From the NCBI RefSeq assembly GCF_009914755.1, contig NC_060946.1: a DNA stretch of 64,000 nucleotides. The stretch is one strand, 5' to 3'. The DNA is from the human T2T-CHM13v2.0 reference genome, Homo sapiens. The position numbers were made by a program, and so were the translations under genes. Below, in pieces: positions 40,701 through 55,759 of this stretch. Numbering within the stretch: position 1 is the stretch's first letter; every line of letters starts with the position of its first letter. The notes below the pieces were generated by a model. The model was not told where the DNA came from, did not search any database, and was given only the letters and a program-made list of their open reading frames with translations.

Positions 40701-43700
40701 CTATCCAAATATCCACTTGCAGATTCCACAGAAAGACTGTTTCAAAACTGCTCTGTCAATAGAAAGGTTCAAATCTGTTAGCTGCGTGCATATATCCCAA
40801 AGAAGATTCTGAGATTGCTTCTGTCTAGTTTTTATGGGAAGATATTTCCCTTTTCACCGTAGGCGTCAAGGCGCTCCAAATGTCCACTTCCAGATACTAC
40901 AAAAAGAGTGTTTCAAACCTACTCTGCGAAAGGGAATATTCAACTCTGTGACTTGAAGGCAGATATCAGAAATAAGTTTCTGAGAATGCTTCTGTCGAGA
41001 TTTTATTTGAAGATATTCCCGTTTCCAACGAAATCCTGAAATCTATCCAAATATCCCCTCGCAGATTCTACAAAAAGAGTGTTTCAAAACTGCTCTGTAA
41101 AAAGAAGGGTTCAACTCTGTTAGTTGAGTACACACATCACAAACAAGTTTCACAGAATGCTTCTTTCTAGCTTGTAGGGGAAGATATTCCCTTTAACACC
41201 ATGGGCCTCAAACCGTCCGAAACGTCCACTTCCATATACTACAAAAAGAGCGTTTCAAACCTGCTCTATGAAAGGCAATGTTCAACTCTGTGACTTGAAT
41301 GCAGACATCACAGAGCAGTTTCTGAGAATGCTTCTGTCTAGATTTTATAGGAAGATATTCCCGTTTCCAACGAAATCTTCACAGCTATCCAAATATCCAC
41401 TTGCAGATTCTACAAAAAGAGTGTATCAAAACTGCTCTGTCAAAAGGAAGGTTCTTCTCCGTTAGGTGAGGGCATACGTCATAAAGGAGTTTCTGAGAAT
41501 GTTTCTGTCTAGTGGTTATGGGAAGATATTTGCTTTTTCACCGTAGGCCTCAGAGCGCTCCAAATATCCGCTTGCACATACTACAAAAAGAGTGCTTCAA
41601 AGCTGCTCTCTGAAACGGAATGTTCAACTCTATGAGTTGAATGCAAACATCACAAAGACGTTTCTGAGAATGCTTCCGTCTAGATTTGATATGAAGATAT
41701 TCCCGTTTCCAACGACATCTTCAAATCTATCCAAATGTCCACTTGCAGATTCAACAAAAAGTGTTTTTCAGAACTGCTCTATCAAAAGAAAGATCCATCT
41801 CTGTTAGCTGAGTTCACACATCACAAACAAGTTTATGAGAATGCTTCTGTCTAGTTTTTATTTGAAGATATTTCCTTTCTCACCATAGACCTGAAAGCTG
41901 TCCTAATGTTCACTTCCAGATACTACAGAAAGAGTGTTTCAAAACTGCTGTACGAAAGGGAATGTTCAACTCTGTGACTTGAATGCACACATCACAAACA
42001 AGTTTCTGAGGATGCTGCTGTCTACTTTTTATACGTAATCCCGTTTCCAACGAAATCCTCCAAGCTATCCAAATATCCACTTGCAGATTCCACAGAAAGA
42101 CTGTTTCAAAACTGCTCTGTCAATAGAAAGGTTCAACTCTGTTAGCTGCGTGCATATATCCCAAAGAAGATTCCGAGATTGCTTCTGTCTAGTTTTTATG
42201 GGAAGATATTTCCCTTTTTACCGTAGGTGTCAAGGCGCTCCAAATGTCCACTTCCAGATACTACAAAAAGAGTGTTTCAAACCTACTCTCTGAAAGGGAA
42301 TATTCAACTCTGTGACTTGAATGCAGATATCACAATGAAGTTTCTGAGAATGCTTCTGTCGAGATTTTATATGAAGATATTCCCGTTTCCAACGAAATCC
42401 TGAAATCTATCCAAATATCCCCTCGCAGATTCTACAAAAAGAGTGTTTCAAAACTGCTCTGTAAAAAGAAAGGTTCAACTCTGTTAGTTGAGTACACACA
42501 TCACAAACAAGTTTCACAGAATGCTTCTTTCTAGCTTGTAGGGGAAGATATTCCCTTTATCACCATGGGCCTCAAACCGTCCGAAACGTCCACTTCCATA
42601 TACTACAAAAAGAGCGTTTCAAACCTGCTCTATGAAAGGCAATGTTCAACTCTGTGACTTGAATGCAGACATCACAGAGCAGTTTCTGAGAATGCTTCTG
42701 TCTAGATTTTATAGGAAGATATTTCCGTTTCCAACGAAACCTTCACAGCTATCCAAATATCCACTTGCAGATTCTACAAAAAGAGTGTATCAAAACTGCT
42801 CTGTCAAAAGGAAGGTTCTTCTCTGTTAGTTGAGTACATACGTCATAAAGGAGTTTCTGAGAATGTTTCTGTCTAGTGGTTACGGGAAGATATTTGCTTT
42901 TTCACCTTAGGCCTCAGAGCGCTCCAAATATCCACTTGCACATACTACAAAAAGAGTGCTTCAAAGCTGCTCTCTGAAACGGAATGTTCAACTCTATGAG
43001 TTGAATGCAAACATCACAAAGACGTTTCTGAGAATGCTTCTGTCTAGATTTGATATGAAGATATTCCCGTTTCCAACGAAATCTTCAAATCTATCCAAAT
43101 GTCCACTTGCAGATTCAACAAAAAGTGTTTTTCAGAACTGCTCTATCAAAAGAAAGATCCACCTCTGTTAGCTGAGTTCACACATCACAAACAAGTTTAT
43201 GAGAATGCTTCTGTCTAGTTTTTATTTGAAGATATTTCCTTTCTCACCATAGACCTGAAAGCTGTCCTAGTGTTCACTTCCAGATACTACAGAAAGAGTG
43301 TTTCAAAACTGCTGTACGAAAGGGAATGTTCAACTCTGTGACTTGAATGCACACATCACAAAGAAGTTTCTGAGGATGCTGCTGTCTACTTTTTATACGT
43401 AATCCCCTTTCCAACGAAATCCTCCAAGCTATCCAAATATCCACTTGCAGATTCCACAGAAAGACTGTTTCAAAACTGCTCTGTCAATAGAAAGGTTCAA
43501 CTCTGTTAGCTGCGTGCATATATCCCAAAGAAGATTCTGAGATTGCTTCTGTCTTGTTTTTATGGGAAGATATTTCCCTTTTCACCGTAGGTGTCAAGGA
43601 GCTCCAAATGTCCACTTCCAGATACTACAAAAAGAGTGTTTCAAACCTACTCTGCGAAAGGGAATATTCAACTCTGTGACTTGAAGGGAGATATCACAAA

Positions 43701-45899
43701 GAAGATTCTGATAATGCTTCTGTCGAGATTTTATATGAAGATATTCCCGTTTCCAACGAAATCCTGAAATCTATCCAAATATCCCCTCGCAGATTCTACA
43801 AAAAGAGTGTTTCAAAACTGCTCTGTAAAAAGAAAGGTTCAACTCTGTTAGTTGAGTACACACATCACAAACAAGTTTCACAGAATGCTTCTTTCTAGCT
43901 TGTAGGGGAAGATATTCCCTTTATCACCATGGGCCTCAAACCGTCCGAAACGTCCACTTCCATATACTACAAAAAGAGCGTTTCAAACCTGCTCTATGAA
44001 AGGCAATGTTCAACTCTGTGACTTGAATGCAGACATCACAGAGCAGTTTCTGAGAATGCTTCTGTCCAGATTTTATAGGAAGATATTCCCGTTTCCAACG
44101 AAATCTTCACAGCTATCCAAATATCCACTTGCAGATTCTACAAAAAGAGTGTATCAAAACTGCTCTGTCAAAAGGAAGGTTCTTCTCTTTTAGGTGAGTG
44201 CATACGTCATAAAGGAGTTTCTGAGAATGTTTCTGTCTAGTGGTTATGGGAAGATATTTGCTTTTTCACCGTAGGCCTCAGAGCGCTCCAAATATCCACT
44301 TGCACATACTACAAAAAGAGTGTTTCAAAGCTGCTCTCTGAAAGGGAATGTTCAACTCTATGAGTTGAATGCAAACATCACAAAGACGTTTCTGAGAATG
44401 CTTCTGTCTAGATTTGATATGAAGATATTCCCGTTTCCAACGAAATCTTCAAATCTATCCAAATGTCCACTTGCAGATTCAACAGTGTTTTTCAGAACTG
44501 CTCTATCAAAAGAAAGATCCACCTCTGATAGCTGAGTTCACACTTCACAAACAAGTTTATCAGAATGCTTCTGTCTAGTTTTTATTTGAAGATATATCCT
44601 TTCTCACTATAGACCTGAAAGCTCTCCTAAAGTTCACTTCCAGATACTACAGAAAGAGTGTTTCAAAACTGCTGTAAGAAAGGGAATGTTCAACTCTGTG
44701 ACTTGAATGCACACATCACAAAGAAGTTTCTTAGGATGCTGCTGTCTACTTTTTATACGAAATCCCGTTTCCAACGAAATCCTCCAAGCTATCCAAGTAT
44801 CCACTTGCAGATTCCACAGAAAGACTGTTTCAAAACTGCTCTGTCAATAGAAAGGTTCAACTCTGTTAGCTGCGTGCATATATCCCAAAGAAGATTCTGA
44901 GATTGCTTCTGTCTAGTTTTTATGGGAAGATATTTCCCTTTTCACCGTAGGCGTCAAGGCGCTCCAAATGTCCACTTCCAGATACTACAAAAAGAGTGTT
45001 TCAAACCTACTCTACGAAAGGGAATATTCAACTCTGTGACTTGAAGGCAGATATCAGAAATAAGTTTCTGAGAATGCTTCTGTCGAGATTTTATATGAAG
45101 ATATTCCCGTTTACAACGAAATCCTGAAATCTATCCAAATATCCCCTCGCAGATTCTACAAAAAGAGTGTTTCAAAACTGCTCTGTAAAAAGAAAGGTTC
45201 AACTCTGTTAGTTGAGTACACACATCACAAACAAGTTTCACAGAATGCTTCTTTCTAGCTTGTAGGGGAAGATATTCCCTTTATCACCATGGGCCTCAAA
45301 CCGTCCGAAACGTTTACTTCCATATACTACAAAAAGAGCGTTTCAAACCTGCTCTATGAAAGGCAATGTTCAACTCTGTGACTTGAATGCAGACATCACA
45401 GAGCAGTTTCTGAGAATGCTTCTGTCTAGATTTTATAGGAAGATATTTCCGTTTCCAACGAAACCTTCACAGCTATCCAAATATCCACTTGCAGATTCTA
45501 CAAAAAGAGTGTATCAAAACTGCTCTGTCAAAAGGAAGGTTCTTCTCTGTTAGTTGAGTACATACGTCATAAAGGAGTTTCTGAGAATGTTTCTGTCTAG
45601 TGGTTATGGGAAGATATTTGCTTTTTCACCTTAGGCCTCAGAGTGCTCCAAATATCCACTTGCACATACTACAAAAAGAGTGCTTCAAAGCTGCTCTCTG
45701 AAACGGAATGTTCAACTCTATGAGTTGAATGCAAACATCACAAAGACGTTTCTAAGAATGCTTCTGTCTAGATTTGATATGAAGATATTCCCGTTTCCAA
45801 CGAAATCTTCAAATCTATCCAAATGTCCACTTGCAGATTCAACAAAAAGTGTTTTTCAGAACTGCTCTATCAAAAGAAAGATCCACCTCTGTTAGCTGG

Positions 45900-48800
45900 G
45901 TTCACACATCACAAACAAGTTTATGAGAATGCTTCTGTCTAGTTTTTATTTGAAGATATTTCCTTTCTCACCATAGACCTGAAAGCTGTCCTAATGTTCA
46001 CTTCCAGATACTACAGAAAGAGCGTTTCAAAACTGCTGTACGAAAGGGAATGTTCAACTCTGTGACTTGAATGCACACATCACAAAGAAGTTTCTGAGGA
46101 TGCTGCTGTCTACTTTTTATACGTAATCCCGTTTCCAACGAAATCCTCCAATCTATCCAAATATCCACTTGCAGATTCCACAGAAAGACTGTTTCAAAAC
46201 TGCTCTGTCAATAGAAAGGTTCAACTCTGTTAGCTGCGTGCATATATCCCAAAGAAGATTCTGAGATTGCTTCTGTCTAGTTTTTATGGGAAGATATTTC
46301 CCTTTTCACCGTAGGTGTCAAGGCGCTCCAAATGTCCACTTACAGATACTACAAAAAGAGTGTTTCAAACCTACTCTGCGAAAGGGAATATTCAACTCTG
46401 TGACTTGAATGCAGATATCACAATGAAGTTTCTGAGAATGCTTCTGTCGAGATTTTATATGAAGATATTCCCGTTTCCAACGAAATCCTGAAATCTATCC
46501 AAATATCCCCTCGCAGATTCTACAAAAAGAGTGTTTCAAAACTGCTCTGTAAAAAGAAAGGTTCAACCCTGTTAGTTGAGTACACACATCACAAACAAGT
46601 TTCACAGAATGCTTCTTTCTAGCTTGTAGGGGAAGATATTCCCTTTATCACCATGGGCCTCAAACCGTCCGAAACGTTTACTTCCATATACTACAAAAAG
46701 AGCGTTTCAAACCTGCTCTATGAAAGGCAATGTTCAACTCTGTGACTTGAATGCAGACATCACAGAGCAGTTTCTGAGAATGCTTCTGTCTAGATTTTAT
46801 AGGAAGATATTTCCGTTTCCAACGAAACCTTCACAGCTATCCAAATATCCACTTGCAGATTCTACAAAAAGAGTGTATCAAAACTGCTCTGTCAAAAGGA
46901 AGGTTCTTCTCTGTTAGTTGAGTACATACGTCATAAAGGAGTTTCTGAGAATGTTTCTGTCTAGTGGTTACGGGAAGATATTTGCTTTTTCACCTTAGGC
47001 CTCAGAGCGCTCCAAATATCCACTTGCACATACTACAAAAAGAGTGCTTCAAAGCTGCTCTCTGAAACGGAATGTTCAACTCTATGAGTTGAATGCAAAC
47101 ATCACAAAGACGTTTCTGAGAATGCTTCTGTCTAGATTTGATATGAAGATATTCCCGTTTCCAACGAAATCTTCAAATCTATCCAAATGTCCACTTGCAG
47201 ATTCAACAAAAAGTGTTTTTCAGAACTGCTCTATCAAAAGAAAGATCCACCTCTGTTAGCTGAGTTCACACATCACAAACAAGTTTATGAGAATGCTTCT
47301 GTCTAGTTTTTATTTGAAGATATTTCCTTTCTCACCATAGACCTGAAAGCTGTCCTAGTGTTCACTTCCAGATACTACAGAAAGAGTGTTTCAAAACTGC
47401 TGTACGAAAGGGAATGTTCAACTCTGTGACTTGAATGCACACATCACAAAGAAGTTTCTGAGGATGCTGCTGTCTACTTTTTATACGTAATCCCCTTTCC
47501 AACGAAATCCTCCAAGCTATCCAAATATCCACTTGCAGATTCCACAGAAAGACTGTTTCAAAACTGCTCTGTCAATAGAAAGGTTCAACTCTGTTGTCTG
47601 CGTGCATATATCCCAAAGAAGATTCTGAGATTGCTTCTGTCTAGTTTTTATGGGAAGATATTTCCCTTTTCACCGTAGGTGTCAAGGAGCTCCAAATGTC
47701 CACTTCCAGATACTACAAAAAGAGTGTTTCAAACCTACTCTGCGAAAGGGAATATTCAACTCTGTGACTTGAAGGGAGATATCACAAAGAAGATTCTGAG
47801 AATGCTTCTGTCGAGATTTTATATGGAGATATTCCCGTTTCCAACGAAATCCTGAAATCTATCCAAATATCCCCTCGCAGATTCTACAAAAAGAGTGTTT
47901 CAAAACTGCTCTGTAAAAAGAAAGGTTCAACTCTGTTAGTTGAGTACACACATCACAAACAAGTTTCACAGAATGCTTCTTTCTAGCTTGTAGGGGAAGA
48001 TATTCCCTTTATCACCATGGGCCTCAAACCGTCCGAAACGTCCACTTCCATATACTACAAAAAGAGCGTTTCAAACCTGCTCTATGAAAGGCAATGTTCA
48101 ACTCTGTGACTTGAATGCAGACATCACAGAGCAGTTTCTGAGAATGCTTCTGTCCAGATTTTATAGGAAGATATTCCCGTTTCCAACGAAATCTTCACAG
48201 CTATCCAAATATCCACTTGCAGATTCTACAAAAAGAGTGTATCAAAACTGCTCTGTCAAAAGGAAGGTTCTTCTCTTTTAGGTGAGTGCATACGTCATAA
48301 AGGAGTTTCTGAGAATGTTTCTGTCTAGTGGTTATGGGAAGATATTTGCTTTTTCACCGTAGGCCTCAGAGCGCTCCAAATATCCACTTGCACATACTAC
48401 AAAAAGAGTGTTTCAAAGCTGCTCTCTCAAAGGGAATGTTCAACTCTATGAGTTGAATGCAAACATCACAAAGACGTTTCTGAGAATGCTTCTGTCTAGA
48501 TTTGATATGAAGATATTCCCGTTTCCAACGAAATCTTCAAATCTATCCAAATGTCCACTTACAGATTCAACAGTGTTTTTCAGAACTGCTCTATCAAAAG
48601 AAAGATCCACCTCTGATAGCTGAGTTCACACTTCACAAACAAGTTTATCAGAATGCTTCTGTCTAGTTTTTATTTGAAGATATATCCTTTCTCACTATAG
48701 ACCTGAAAGCTGTCCTAATGTTCACTTCCAGATACTACAGAAAGAGTGTTTCAAAACTGCTGTACGAAAGGGAATGTTCAACTCTGTGACTTGAATGCAC

Positions 48801-51733
48801 ACATCACAAAGAAGTTTCTTAGGATGCTGCTGTCTACTTTTTATACGAAATCCCGTTTCCAACGAAATCCTCCAAGCTATCCAAATATCCACTTGCAGAT
48901 TCCACAGAAAGACTGTTTCAAAACTGCTCTCTCAATAGAAAGGTTCAAATCTGTTAGCTGCGTGCATATATCCCAAAGAAGATTCTGAGATTGCTTCTGT
49001 CTAGTTTTTATGGGAAGATATTTCCCTTTTCACCGTAGGCGTCAAGGCGCTCCAAATGTCCACTTCCAGATACTACAAAAAGAGTGTTTCAAACCTACTC
49101 TGCGAAAGGGAATATTCAACTCTGTGACTTGAAGGCAGATATCAGAAATAAGTTTCTGAGAATGCTTCTGTCGAGATTTTATATGAAGATATTCCCGTTT
49201 CCAACGAAATCCTGAAATCTATCCAAATATCCCCTCGCAGATTCTACAAAAAGAGTGTTTCAAAACTGCTCTGTAAAAAGAAAGGTTCAACTCTGTTAGT
49301 TGAGTACACACATCACAAACAAGTTTCACAGAATGCTTCTTTCTAGCTTGTAGGGGAAGATATTCCCTTTATCACCATGGGCCTCAAACCGTCCGAAACG
49401 TTTACTTCCATATACTACAAAAAGAGCGTTTCAAACCTGCTCTATGAAAGGCAATGTTCAACTCTGTGACTTGAATGCAGACATCACATAGCAGTTTCTG
49501 AGAATGCTTCTGTCTAGATTTTATAGGAAGATATTTCCGTTTCCAACGAAACCTTCACAGCTATCCAAATATCCACTTGCAGATTCTACAAAAAGAGTGT
49601 ATCAAAACTGCTCTGTCAAAAGGAAGGTTCTTCTCTGTTAGTTGAGTACATACGTCATAAAGGAGTTTCTGAGAATGTTTCTGTCTAGTGGTTACGGGAA
49701 GATATTTGCTTTTTCACCTTAGGCCTCAGAGCGCTCCAAATATCCACTTGCACATACTACAAAAAGAGTGCTTCAAAGCTGCTCTCTGAAACGGAATGTT
49801 CAACTCTATGAGTTGAATGCAAACATCACAAAGACGTTTCTGAGAATGCTTCTGTCTAGATTTGATATGAAGATATTCCCGTTTCCAACGAAATCTTCAA
49901 ATCTATCCAAATGTCCACTTGCAGATTCAACAAAAAGTGTTTTTCAGAACTGCTCTATCAAAAGAAAGATCCACCTCTGTTAGCTGGGTTCACACATCAC
50001 AAACAAGTTTATGAGAATGCTTCTGTCTAGTTTTTATTTGAAGATATTTCCTTTCTCACCATAGACCTGAAAGCTGTCCTAATGTTCACTTCCAGATACT
50101 ACAGAAAGAGCATTTCAAAACTGCTGTACGAAAGGGAATGTTCAACTCTGTGACTTGAATGCACACATCACAAAGAAGTTTCTGAGGATGCTGCTGTGTA
50201 TTTTTTATACGTAATCCCGTTTCCAACGAAATCCTCCAATCTATCCAAATATCCACTTGCAGATTCCACAGAAAGACTGTTTCAAAACTGCTCTGTCAAT
50301 AGAAAGGTTCAACTCTGTTAGCTGCGTGCATATATCCCAAAGAAGATTCTGAGATTGCTTCTGTCTAGTTTTTATGGGAAGATATTTCCCTTTTCACCGT
50401 AGGTGTCAAGGCGCTCCAAATGTCCACTTCCAGATACTACAAAAAGAGTGTTTCAAACCTACTCTCTGAAAGGGAATATTCAACTCTGTGACTTGAATGC
50501 AGATATCACAATGAAGTTTCTGAGAATGCTTCTGTCGAGATTTTATATGAAGATATTCCCGTTTCCAACGAAATCCTGAAATCTATCCAAATATCCCCTC
50601 GCAGATTCTACAAAAAGAGTGTTTCAAAACTGCTCTGTAAAAAGAAAGGTTCAACTCTGTTAGTTGAGTACACACATCACAAACAAGTTTCACAGAATGC
50701 TTCTTTCTAGCTTGTAGGGGAAGATATTCCCTTTAACACCATGGGCCTCAAACCGTCCGAAACGTCCACTTCCATATACTACAAAAAGAGCGTTTCAAAC
50801 CTGCTCTATGAAAGGCAATGTTCAACTCTGTGACTTGAATGCAGACATCACAGAGCAGTTTCTGAGAATGCTTCTGTCTAGATTTTATAGGAAGATATTC
50901 CCGTTTCCAACGAAATCTTCACAGCTATCCAAATATCCACTTGCAGATTCTACAAAAAGAGTGTATCAAAACTGCTCTGTCAAAAGGAAGGTTCTTCTCT
51001 GTTAGGTGAGTGCATACGTCATAAAGGAGTTTCTGAGAATGTTTCTGTCTAGTGGTTATGGGAAGATATTTGCTTTTTCACCGTAGGCCTCAGAGCGCTC
51101 CAAATATCCGCTTGCACATACTACAAAAAGAGTGCTTCAAAGCTGCTCTCTGAAACGGAATGTTCAACTCTATGAGTTGAATGCAAACATCACAAAGACG
51201 TTTCTGAGAATGCTTCCGTCTAGATTTGATATGAATATATTCCCGTTTCCAACGACATCTTCAATTCTATCCAAATGTCCACTTGCAGATTCAACAAAAA
51301 GTGTTTTTCAGAACTGCTCTATCAAAAGAAAGATCCATCTCTGTTAGCTGAGTTCACACATCACAAACAAGTTTATGAGAATGCTTCTGTCTAGTTTTTA
51401 TTTGAAGATATTTCCTTTCTCACCATAGACCTGAAAGCTGTCCTAATGTTCACTTCCAGATACTACAGAAAGAGTGTTTCAAAACTGCTGTACGAAAGGG
51501 AATGTTCAACTCTGTGACTTGAATGCACACATCACAAACAAGTTTCTGAGGATGCTGCTGTCTACTTTTTATACGTAATCCCGTTTCCAACGAAATCCTC
51601 CAAGCTATCCAAATATCCACTTGCAGATTCCACAGAAAGACTGTTTCAAAACTGCTCTGTCAATAGAAAGGTTCAACTCTGTTAGCTGCGTGCATATATC
51701 CCAAAGAAGATTCCGAGATTGCTTCTGTCTAGT
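45900..51733. repeat. First copy of a >=5.8-kb segment repeated 12,267 bp downstream
   Basis: Anchors 47044/59311, 48408/60675, 49768/62035 and 51132/63399 all differ by 12,267 and share private SNVs. Confidence 0.88.
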
Positions 51734-54700
51734 TTTTATGGGAAGATATTTCCCTGTTCACCGTAGGTGTCAAGGCGCTCCAAATGTCCACTTCCAGATA
51801 CTACAAAAAGAGTGTTTCAAACCTACTCTCTGAAAGGGAATATTCAACTCTGTGACTTGAATGCAGATATCACAATGAAGTTTCTGAGAATGCTTCTGTC
51901 GAGATTTTATATGAAGATATTCCCGTTTCCAACGAAATCCTGAAATCTATCCAAATATCCCCTCGCAGATTCTACAAAAAGAGTGTTTCAAAACTGCTCT
52001 GTAAAAAGAAAGGTTCAACTCTGTTAGTTGAGTACACACATCACAAACAAGTTTCACAGAATGCTTCTTTCTAGCTTGTAGGGGAAGATATTCCCTTTAT
52101 CACCATGGGCCTCAAACCGTCCGAAACGTTTACTTCCATATACTACAAAAAGAGCGTTTCAAACCTGCTCTATGAAAGGCAATGTTCAACTCTGTGACTT
52201 GAATGCAGACATCACAGAGCAGTTTCTGAGAATGCTTCTGTCTAGATTTTATAGGAAGATATTTCCGTTTCCAACGAAACCTTCACAGCTATCCAAATAT
52301 CCACTTGCAGATTCTACAAAAAGAGTGTATCAAAACTGCTCTGTCAAAAGGAAGGTTCTTCTCTGTTAGTTGAGTACATACGTCATAAAGGAGTTTCTGA
52401 GAATGTTTCTGTCTAGTGGTTACGGGAAGATATTTGCTTTTTCACCTTAGGCCTCAGAGCGCTCCAAATATCCACTTGCACATACTACAAAAAGAGTGCT
52501 TCAAAGCTGCTCTCTGAAACGGAATGTTCAACTCTATGAGTTGAATGCAAACATCACAAAGACGTTTCTGAGAATGCTTCTGTCTAGATTTGATATGAAG
52601 ATATTCCCGTTTCCAACGAAATCTTCAAATCTATCCAAATGTCCACTTGCAGATTCAACAAAAAGTGTTTTTCAGAACTGCTCTATCAAAAGAAAGATCC
52701 ACCTCTGTTAGCTGAGTTCACACATCACAAACAAGTTTTTGAGAATGCTTCTGTCTAGTTTTTATTTGAAGATATTTGCTTTCTCACCATAGACCTGGAA
52801 GCTGTCCTAATGTTCACTTCCAGATACTACAGAAAGAGTGTTTCAAAACTGCTGTACGAAAGGGAATGTTCAACTCTGTGACTTGAATGCACACATCACA
52901 AAGAAGTTTCTGAGGATGCTGCTGTCTACTTTTTATACGTAATCCCGTTTCCAACGAAATCCTCCAAGCTATGCAAATATCCACTTGCAGATTCCACAGA
53001 AAGAGTGTTTCAAAACTGCTCTGTCAATAGAAAGGTTCAACTCTGTTAGCTGCGTGCATATATCACAAAGAAGATTCTGAGATTGCTTCTGTCTAGTTTT
53101 TATGGGAAGATATTTCCCTTTTCACCGTAGGTGTCAAGGCGCTCCAAATGTCCACTTACAGATACTACAAAAAGAGTGTTTCAAACCTACTCTGTGAAAG
53201 GGAATATTCAACTCTGTGACTTGAATGCAGATATCACAATGAAGTTTCTGAGAATGCTTCTGTCGCGATTTTATATGAAGATATTCCCGTTTCCAACAAA
53301 ATCCTGAAATCTATCCAAATATCTCCTCGCAGATTCTACAAAAAGAGTGTTTCAAAACTGCTCTGTAAAAAGAAAGGTTCAACTCTGTTAGTTGAGTACA
53401 CACATCACAAACAAGTTTCACAGAATGCTTCTTTCTAGCTTGTAGGGGAAGATATTCCCTTTATCACCATGGGCCTCAGACCGTCCGAAACGTCCACTTC
53501 CATATACTACAAAAAGAGCGTTTCAAACCTGCTCTATGAAAGGCAATGTTCAACTCTGTGACTTGAATGCAGACATCACAGAGCAGTTTCTGAGAATGCT
53601 TCTGTCTAGATTTTATAGGAAGATATTCCCGTTTCCAACGAAATCTTCACAGCTATCCAAATATCCACTTGCAGATTCTACAAAAAGAGTGTATCAAAAC
53701 TGCTCTGTCAAAAGGAAGGTTCTTCTCTGTTAGGTGAGTGCATACGTCATAAAGGAGTTTCTGAGAATGTTTCTGTCTAGTGGTTATGGAAGATATTTGC
53801 TTTTTCACCTTAGGCCTCAGAGCGCTCCAAATATCCACTTGCACATACTACAAAAAGAGTGCTTCAAAGCTGCTCTCTGAAACGGAATGTTCAACTCTAT
53901 GAGTTGAATGCAAACATCACAAAGACGTTTCTGAGAATGCTTCTGTCTAGATTTGATATGAAGATATTCCCGTTTCCAACTAAATCTTCAAATCTATCCA
54001 AATGTCCACTTGCAGATTCAACAAAAAGTGTTTTTCAGAACTGCTCTATCAAAAGAAAGATCCACGTCTGTTAGCTGGGTTCACACATCACAAACAAGTT
54101 TATGAGAATGCTTCTGTCTAGTTTTTATTTGAAGATATTTCCTTTCTCACCATAGACCTGAAAGCTGTCCTAATGTTCACTTCCAGATACTACAGAAAGA
54201 GCGTTTCAAAACTGCTGTAAGAAAGGGAATGTTCAACTCTGTGACTTGTATGCACACATCACAAAGAAGTTTCTGAGGATGCTGCTGTCTACTTTTTATA
54301 CGTAATCCCGTTTCCAACGAAATCCTCCAATCTATCCAAATATCCACTTGCAGATTCCACAGAAAGACTGTTTCAAAACTGCTCTGTCAATAGAAAGGTT
54401 CAACTCTGTTAGCTGTGTGCATATATCCCAAAGAAGATTCTGAGATTGCTTCTGTCTAGTTTTTATGGGAAGATATTTCCCTTTTCACCGTAGGCGTCAA
54501 GGCGCTCCAAATGTCCACTTCCAGATACTACAAAAAGAGTGTTTCAAACCTACTCTCTGAAAGGGAATATTCAACTCTGTGACTTGAATGCAGATATCAC
54601 AAAGAAGTTTCTGAGAATGCTTCTGTCGAGATTTTATATGAAGATATTCCCGTTTCCAACGAAATCCTGAAATCTATCCAAATATCCCCTCGCAGATTCT

Positions 54701-55759
54701 ACAAAAAGAGTGTTTCAAAACTGCTCTGTAAAAAGAAAGGTTCAACTCTGTTAGTTGAGTACACACATCACAAACAAGTTTCACAGAATGCTTCTTTCTA
54801 GCTTGTAGGGGAAGATATTCCCTTTAACACCATGGGACTCAAACCGTCCGAAACGTCCACTTCCATATACTACAAAAAGAGCGTTTCAAACCTGCTCTAT
54901 GAAAGGCAATGTTCAACTCTGTGACTTGAATGCAGACATCACAGAGCAGTTTCTGAGAATGCTTCTGTCTAGATTTTATAGGAAGATATTCCCGTTTCCA
55001 ACGAAATCTTCACAGCTATCCAAATATCCACTTGCAGATTCTACAAAAAGAGTGTATCAAAACTGCTCTGTCAAAAGGAAGGTTCTTCTCTGTTAGGTGA
55101 GTGCATACGTCATAAAGGAGTTTCTGAGAATGTTTCTGTCTAGTGGTTATGGGAAGATATTTGCTTTTTCACCGTAGGCCTCAGAGCGCTCCAAATATCC
55201 ACTTGCACATACTACAAAAAGAGTGCTTCAAAGCTGCTCTCTGAAACGGAATGTTCAACTCTATGAGTTGAATGCAAACAACACAAAGACGTTTCTGAGA
55301 ATGCTTCTGTCTAGATTTGATATGAAGATATTCCCGTTTCCAACGAAATCTTTAAATCTATCCAAATGTCCACTTGCAGATTCAACAAAAAGTGTTTTTC
55401 AAAACTGCTGTATCAAAAGAAAGATCCACCTCTGTTAGCTGAGTACACACATCACAAACAAGTTTATGAGAATGCTTCTGTCTAGTTTTTATTTGAAGAT
55501 ATTTCCTTTCTCACCATAGACCTGAAAGCTGTCCTAATGTTCACTTCCAGATACGACAGAAAGAGTGTTTCAAAACTGCTGTACGAAAGGGAATGTTCAA
55601 CTCTGTGACTTGAATGCACACATCACAAAGAAGTTTCTGAGGATGCTGCTGTCTACTTTTTATACGTAATCCCGTTTCCAACGAAATCCTCCAAGCTATC
55701 CAAATATCCACTTGCAGATTCCACAGAAAGACTGTTTCAAAACTGCTCTGTCAATAGAA

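Noticed and set aside
30113-45121. Box 1 variants TCCCGTTTCCTACGAAA (30113) and TCCCGTTTACAACGAAA (45105) as inactivated boxes
   Set aside because: The changes fall at non-core positions of the CENP-B motif, so they were not counted as broken.
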